Origin: a virus | Lineage: Duplodnaviria > Caudoviricetes | Direction: 5' to 3' (one strand) | Length of the DNA stretch: 39,513 nucleotides | IMG/VR virus record: IMGVR_UViG_3300032305_000573 | Span: 1-39,513 of that record | Part shown: piece by piece, positions 34,371 to 39,513 of the stretch | Numbering within the stretch: the first letter of the stretch is position 1 | Layout of the letters: each line of letters starts with the position of its first letter | Translations under genes and position numbers: made by a program | Notes under the pieces: model-generated | The model's database searches: none | Seen by the model: the letters and a program-made list of their open reading frames with translations, nothing else | What the model was told of the DNA's origin: nothing

Positions 34371-35660
34371 ATGACAACTAGAAAATATTCCTCACGTTCA
34401 CAACAGACAACTCTAGGTAGTTCACTCAACTCAAGTGCTACAACTATGACTGTTGTTTCAGCGTCAACCCTTCTTGGCGGCGTAACCCCATCCGCTGGTC
34501 AGACCTTTACGGTGGTGATTGACCCTGATACAGCCCTTGAAGAAATTGTAGATATATCCAACTACACTTCTGGTAACACAGTAACTATTACTCGTGGCAT
34601 TGAAAATGCTGGCACTGGCTCAGCCCACTCTGCTGGAGCAGTTGTCCGCCATATGGTTACTGGTAGAGACTTACGTGAAGCCAACCTTCATATTGAAGCA
34701 TCTGCTGAATACAACGATGGCACAGGCACTCACACAGTTCACGGAGTAAGCGGTTCCGTAGTGGGAACTACTGATGCTCAAACCTTAACCAATAAAACCA
34801 TCGCTGCTGGAAGCAACACCATCACTGGCATTACCTCAGCAATGATTACTGATGGAACTATTGTTGCAGGAGATATTGCCAATGGAACTATTACAGCAGC
34901 CAAGTTAGTTGCTGACCCTTTTGCTCGCGCTAACCACACTGGAACACAGACTGCTAATACAGTATCTGACTTTGATACCCAAGTTCGCACATCTCGCTTA
35001 GACCAAATGGCTGCGCCTACTGGCTCACTATCTTTGAACAGCCAGAAGATTACCAACCTTGCTACACCGACATCTAACACAGATGCCTCAACCAAGGCTT
35101 ATGTAGATACATCCATCAGCAACTTGATTGCTAGTGCTCCATCTACTCTTGATACCCTTGATGAGATTGCTGCTGCCTTAGCAGATACAGCAAACTTCTC
35201 AGACACTGTAGTTCTTAAGACTGGCTCTACTATGTCTGGTGCTCTTGCAATGGGAACTAATAAGATTACAGGTCTTGGCGACCCAACAAATGCACAAGAT
35301 GCTGTTACAAAAAATTATCTTGATAATACAACTCTTGCTCCAAGCAACCTGACTGGTCCTATTACATCATCAGGTTCAGCAACATCTGTCGCTGCTCAGA
35401 CTGGAACTGGTTCAACTTTTGTAATGAACACTAGCCCTACTCTTGTTACCCCAGTATTGGGCATAGCAACAGCAACTAGCATCAACGGAACTCTTATTCC
35501 AACTAGCAAGACTTTGGTCGCTACTGATTCAACTCAATACGTAGTTCCTTCTCAGACTAGCAACGCAGGTAAATATCTAACAACAGACGGAAGCACAGCA
35601 TCTTGGGCAACCGTAACAACTGACCCAACGGCTGACATCTTTATGATGATGGGCGCTTAA
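34371..35660 (+). CDS. Tail fibre-like protein
   Basis: Thr/Ser-rich; repeated KITNLATPTSNTDASTKAYVD / KITGLGDPTNAQDAVTKNYLD; APSTLDTLDEIAAAL fibre motif. Confidence 0.7.
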   Translation: MTTRKYSSRSQQTTLGSSLNSSATTMTVVSASTLLGGVTPSAGQTFTVVIDPDTALEEIVDISNYTSGNTVTITRGIENAGTGSAHSAGAVVRHMVTGRDLREANLHIEASAEYNDGTGTHTVHGVSGSVVGTTDAQTLTNKTIAAGSNTITGITSAMITDGTIVAGDIANGTITAAKLVADPFARANHTGTQTANTVSDFDTQVRTSRLDQMAAPTGSLSLNSQKITNLATPTSNTDASTKAYVDTSISNLIASAPSTLDTLDEIAAALADTANFSDTVVLKTGSTMSGALAMGTNKITGLGDPTNAQDAVTKNYLDNTTLAPSNLTGPITSSGSATSVAAQTGTGSTFVMNTSPTLVTPVLGIATATSINGTLIPTSKTLVATDSTQYVVPSQTSNAGKYLTTDGSTASWATVTTDPTADIFMMMGA

Positions 35661-35680
35661 GAAACTAAGGAGAAATACAA

Positions 35681-36001
35681 ATGGCAAAAAAAGTTCTTGG
35701 ACAAAGTAATCCATCGGCAACAACAGCAACAACTCTATACACAGTTCCTTCTGCTAAGAGCGCAGTTGTTTCAACTTTAACTATATGTAATCAAGCAGCA
35801 AGTGCTGCAACATTCCGTGTAGCAGTGCGTCCAGCAGGTGCTACACTAGCAGCAGTTCACTATGTTGCTTATGATGTAACTGTAGGTGCTTCTGATACTA
35901 CTGCTTTAACACTAGGTATCACATTGGCAACAACAGATGTCATTACTGTTTACGCATCAACTGCAACACTTTCATTCCACGCTTACGGAGATGAGTCCTA
36001 A
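35681..36001 (+). CDS. Small beta-rich virion protein
   Basis: 106 aa; AAGGAG RBS. Confidence 0.7.
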   Translation: MAKKVLGQSNPSATTATTLYTVPSAKSAVVSTLTICNQAASAATFRVAVRPAGATLAAVHYVAYDVTVGASDTTALTLGITLATTDVITVYASTATLSFHAYGDES

Positions 36002-36004
36002 ACA

Positions 36005-36574
36005 ATGGCAACCTCCCGCGTAAAGACATCATCTATACTGCAGGGATTTCCCAAGAGTAGGTCTTTACTTGCGGGGAATCCTTATTATGTTCCACCTGCA
36101 TTTGAATCTATTGCGACTGTAACCGTTGGTTCTGGTGGCACAGGTTCAATAACTTTCAGTTCTATACCTAGCACTTTTACACATTTACAATTAAGAAGTT
36201 TTGCTTTATCTAGTTCTACTGCAAGTTCGGGAACTTTAACGATAAACGGAACAGGCGGTAAAACTCATTGGCTTTCAGGAAATGGCTCTGTTGCATCTGC
36301 CGCCTATGATGGAACTACAATGTTTTTTCCTTTAGTTCAAGGTTCAACAACCTCAGCATTTGGCAGCGTTACGGATTTTCTAGATTACTCAAATACTAAT
36401 AAATACAAAACTGTCAGAACTCTTGGCGGTTTTGATGCTAACGGTTCAGGTTTTGTAAACTTAACTTCTAATCTTTGGCTATCAACTTCGGCTATAACTT
36501 CAATAACTGTTACCGCCGTTGGAACTTTTAACCAATACTCATCTTTCGCTCTATACGGAATTAAGGGAGCATAG
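36005..36574 (+). CDS. Tail-associated beta protein, paralog 1
   Basis: ITFSSIPSTFTHLQL...SAITSIT...SSFALYGI. Confidence 0.7.
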   Translation: MATSRVKTSSILQGFPKSRSLLAGNPYYVPPAFESIATVTVGSGGTGSITFSSIPSTFTHLQLRSFALSSSTASSGTLTINGTGGKTHWLSGNGSVASAAYDGTTMFFPLVQGSTTSAFGSVTDFLDYSNTNKYKTVRTLGGFDANGSGFVNLTSNLWLSTSAITSITVTAVGTFNQYSSFALYGIKGA

Positions 36575-36577
36575 ACA

Positions 36578-37072
36578 ATGGCTGCAGGTGCAACTTACGA
36601 ACCAATAGTAACTAATACTCTTAGCAGTGCCGCATCATCTGTCACTTTTTCTTCTATTTCAGGTTCATATACAGATTTAATTTTAATTACAGCAGGACAG
36701 GGAACAACCGCTGGCGTAGGTCTTTTAACTTTCAATGGTGACAATCCAACAAGCGGTTCAAATTATTCAAATACTTCTGTTTATGGGGATGGTGGAACTG
36801 CTGGCTCATATCGTAGAACTTCACAGGCAAGAATTAACGATTCCTTATTTTGGAATGTTCCGTGTAATAACATATTTCAAATTATGAACTATGCAAATAC
36901 CACTACATTCAAAACAGTATTACTCAGAGGTAATTATCCTGGTGGAGAACTTAATGCAACCGTTGGTTTGTATCGTTCTACATCTGCAATCACATCCTTA
37001 ACTTTAACGCATAGCGGCACGACTTTTGCCGCAGGTTCAACCTTTACCCTTTACGGAATTGCGGCGGCATAA
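36578..37072 (+). CDS. Tail-associated beta protein, paralog 2
   Basis: VTFSSISGSYTDLIL...SAITSLT...STFTLYGI. Confidence 0.7.
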   Translation: MAAGATYEPIVTNTLSSAASSVTFSSISGSYTDLILITAGQGTTAGVGLLTFNGDNPTSGSNYSNTSVYGDGGTAGSYRRTSQARINDSLFWNVPCNNIFQIMNYANTTTFKTVLLRGNYPGGELNATVGLYRSTSAITSLTLTHSGTTFAAGSTFTLYGIAAA

Positions 37073-37593
37073 TGGCTAATACATATACTTTGATTGAAGC
37101 AAAGACTTTAACCTCATCGGCTGCAAGCGTTACGTTTTCTGCTATTCCTAGCACTTACACCGATTTACTTATTAAAATTAGTTCACGTTCAAATCGTTCA
37201 GATGCGGATAATGACTGGATTTCCACAACTATTAACGGTTCAACGAGTAATTTTGACGGCAGATTTCTTTACGCAAATGGAACCAGCGCAGCATCTTATA
37301 CAAATACTTCCGCTTCCACTCCCCGTTTGATGACAATGGGAAACGGAAATACTGCTACTTCTAACGTTTTTGGTAACTCTGAGGTATATCTCCCAAATTA
37401 TGCTGGTTCAAATTATAAATCTTGGAGTTCAGATAACGTGTCTGAGAATAATGCTACCGCCAACGCAATGATTCTTGATTCTGGTTTATGGTCAGATACC
37501 GCAGCGATTACTTCTATTTTACTTGCGCCAGGAGTTGGCAGTTTATTTTTACAACACTCAACCTTTTACCTATACGGCATCAAGAACTCATAA
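37072..37593 (+). CDS. Tail-associated beta protein, paralog 3
   Basis: VTFSAIPSTYTDLLI...AAITSIL...STFYLYGI. Confidence 0.7.
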   Translation: MANTYTLIEAKTLTSSAASVTFSAIPSTYTDLLIKISSRSNRSDADNDWISTTINGSTSNFDGRFLYANGTSAASYTNTSASTPRLMTMGNGNTATSNVFGNSEVYLPNYAGSNYKSWSSDNVSENNATANAMILDSGLWSDTAAITSILLAPGVGSLFLQHSTFYLYGIKNS

Positions 37594-37602
37594 GGAGAAA
37601 CT

Positions 37603-38553
37603 ATGGCAATTACCAGTCTTAAGACAGGCTCTAGTTTTACCAACCTACAGAAGTATGAAAACTTTTTAACTACCAACCTTCCGCCATTTTCTGTTGAATA
37701 TTTAGTTATTGCAGGAGGCGGCGGTGGCGGTGGTGGGTTTGCCACAGGCGCAGGTGGTGGTGGGGGTGGTGCTGGAGGATTTAGAACCTCTACATTTTCT
37801 CAACTTTTTACTGGAACAAGTTTTACTGTAACCGTTGGTGCAGGTGGAGCAGGTTCAACTACTTCAAACACATCTGGAGTTTCTGGTTCTGACTCAGTAT
37901 TTTCTACCATAACTTCAACTGGTGGCGGATTTGGTGCTAAATATAGTGTTAGTGGTGGCACTGGTGGCTCAGGTGGTGGTGGTGGCAATAACACGGGTGC
38001 ATTTGGCGGCGCTGGAAATACTCCTTCAACTTCCCCAAGCCAAGGTAATAATGGTGGAAACGGAACTGCTTATACTGCTAGCACAAGTTCATCTTGTGGT
38101 GGTGGTGGTGGTGCTGGCGGAACAGGCGCTAATGGCGTTAGCGGTGCTGGTGGCGCAGGCGGTGCGGGAACAGCATCTTCTATAACTGGAACTTCTGTAA
38201 CCTACGCTGGTGGTGGAGGTGGTGGTGGTGGAACCTCTGGTGGCACAGCAACTGGTGGTGGTGGTGCAGGTAACTATGACCGAGGCACTCAACCAGGTGC
38301 GGGTTACGTAAACGGCGCTCCTGGAACTGCAAATACTGGTGGTGGCGGTGGAGGAACTTTTGTTGATACTGGTGGTAGTGGTGGATGGTGGCAATACGGT
38401 GGCAATGGTGGTTCAGGAGTGGTAATACTTAAGTATCCTGACAGCAGAACAATTACAATTGGTGCTGGTTTAACAGGTTCAACACCATCACCTTCTGGTG
38501 GTTTTAAGGTAACAACAATAACCGCTGGCACTGGAACTATAAGTTGGGCATAA
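37603..38553 (+). CDS. Glycine-rich tail-associated protein
   Basis: VEYLVIAGGGGGG...GGSGVVILKYP; paralog of the C-domain of 32050..33120. Confidence 0.75.
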   Translation: MAITSLKTGSSFTNLQKYENFLTTNLPPFSVEYLVIAGGGGGGGGFATGAGGGGGGAGGFRTSTFSQLFTGTSFTVTVGAGGAGSTTSNTSGVSGSDSVFSTITSTGGGFGAKYSVSGGTGGSGGGGGNNTGAFGGAGNTPSTSPSQGNNGGNGTAYTASTSSSCGGGGGAGGTGANGVSGAGGAGGAGTASSITGTSVTYAGGGGGGGGTSGGTATGGGGAGNYDRGTQPGAGYVNGAPGTANTGGGGGGTFVDTGGSGGWWQYGGNGGSGVVILKYPDSRTITIGAGLTGSTPSPSGGFKVTTITAGTGTISWA

Positions 38554-38578
38554 TTAAAACTACAACAAGGAGATACAA

Positions 38579-38809
38579 ATGACTAGACCAACACGTGTAG
38601 AAGTTAACTGCACAACTGGAGAAGTTTTAGAAATAGAATTAACTGATGCAGAAATTCTTGCATTAGAAACAGCACAAGTTCAGGCTGAAGTAGACCGCGT
38701 AGCCAGAGAAGCAGCAGATGCAGCAGTCGCTGCAGCCAAAGAAGCAGCACACTCTAAGTTAGCAGCACTGGGATTAACAGCAGAAGAAATCGCTGCACTA
38801 AGCAAGTAA
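38579..38809 (+). CDS. Small helical protein (possible fibre assembly chaperone)
   Basis: 76 aa; AAGGAG RBS; KLAALGLTAEEIAAL. Confidence 0.65.
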   Translation: MTRPTRVEVNCTTGEVLEIELTDAEILALETAQVQAEVDRVAREAADAAVAAAKEAAHSKLAALGLTAEEIAALSK

Positions 38810-38839
38810 GTAATACCCCAAACTATTTAAGGAGCATCT

Positions 38840-39513
38840 GTGGCAGGTCGTGATATTACCGAAGGTCGCGCTACGCGTGCGATTGCGGTTGACGTTGGTG
38901 TTGTATCTACAGGCGCTGTCTGGCAGAATACAAACGAATCATATGATGTTGCAGTAGGTGGCTTGCCATTCTTCTACGCTATTAATGACGCACGTCCTTA
39001 CATTAGGCAGACTGCTCCATTTCGTAAAGAACAATTTGATAATGGAGCAGAGCCAGGTGAGCAATCACTTACTGGTTGGTGGCTAAGAAGTCAATCATCT
39101 TTTCACGGCGGTTCTGGTATTAAATTCTATGACCCGTCTGCTGGTGAAACAGTGGCACATAGGTTCACAGATAGCAAGGGTGTCAATGTCTGGACTAAGG
39201 GACAAGTAACCCTACTCAAAGATACTGCTACTACACATTATACAACTGGTCCAATACAGACTAATGGTAAACCATTTCAGATTGCTCGTTCTATTGAGTA
39301 TGGCGGAACCAATGGTGTCTTACTATGGGATGAGTATGATGTAGACAAGATTGCAGAAGATGGAACAGTTACTCACTTTGTAGACTATATTGCTGGCACA
39401 GATAGCGCTGTATACGCTATATGTGATGATGGCACTAATGCTTATTGGGTTACCAACGTAGTTCACTCTGGTAGCAACAAGTTACACGTCTATAAAAAAG
39501 CATTAACTGCCGA
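38840..39513 (+). CDS. 5' part of the junction-spanning tail protein
   Basis: AAGGAG plus GTG at 38840 (MAGRDITEGR...); open to the window end; in frame with 111..1616. Confidence 0.85.
   Translation, partial: MAGRDITEGRATRAIAVDVGVVSTGAVWQNTNESYDVAVGGLPFFYAINDARPYIRQTAPFRKEQFDNGAEPGEQSLTGWWLRSQSSFHGGSGIKFYDPSAGETVAHRFTDSKGVNVWTKGQVTLLKDTATTHYTTGPIQTNGKPFQIARSIEYGGTNGVLLWDEYDVDKIAEDGTVTHFVDYIAGTDSAVYAICDDGTNAYWVTNVVHSGSNKLHVYKKALTA
39426..39513. repeat. Terminal direct repeat, right copy
   Basis: Identical to 1-88. Confidence 0.97.

Noticed and set aside
37717-38420. (GGT)n runs as microsatellites or contingency loci
   Set aside because: They are in-frame poly-Gly codons with mixed synonymous usage.
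32995-38553. Similar 3' ends of the two Gly-rich genes as a DGR template/variable repeat pair
   Set aside because: No reverse transcriptase; both copies are coding and differences are mostly third-position rather than adenine-specific.
1-39513. tRNAs, integrase/att sites, introns or inteins, stop-codon recoding
   Set aside because: None recognisable by eye; genes tile densely under the standard code. A tRNAscan or Infernal run would be needed to exclude small RNAs formally.

Overview
The window looks like a complete, circularly assembled genome of a tailed dsDNA phage: bases 1-88 equal 39426-39513, giving a unique length of 39,425 bp. A whiB gene, an Actinobacteria-type LexA box, a split primase and a modest GC content (judged by eye) point to an actinobacterial host, most plausibly a low-GC freshwater lineage (inference). 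There are three blocks. (1) A + strand replication block at 2.9-9.4 kb: split RecB/Cas4-like exonuclease, DnaB-like ATPase, SAM methyltransferase, resolvase, N6-adenine methylase, split primase, DUF1599/Nmad1, phosphoesterase and sigma-like factor. (2) A - strand putative early block at 14.8-9.5 kb, driven by six tandem SigA-type promoters with CRP-, LexA- and WhiA-like boxes. It carries a COOH-NH2 amidoligase plus class II glutamine amidotransferase pair, a WhiB with no canonical start codon (missed by the ORF track), a transglycosylase and small proteins. (3) A + strand podovirus-like virion and lysis block from 15.2 kb through the junction to 2.5 kb. I found no DNA polymerase, integrase, repressor, tRNA, CRISPR array or reverse transcriptase. 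All calls come from motif reading; no database searches were run.
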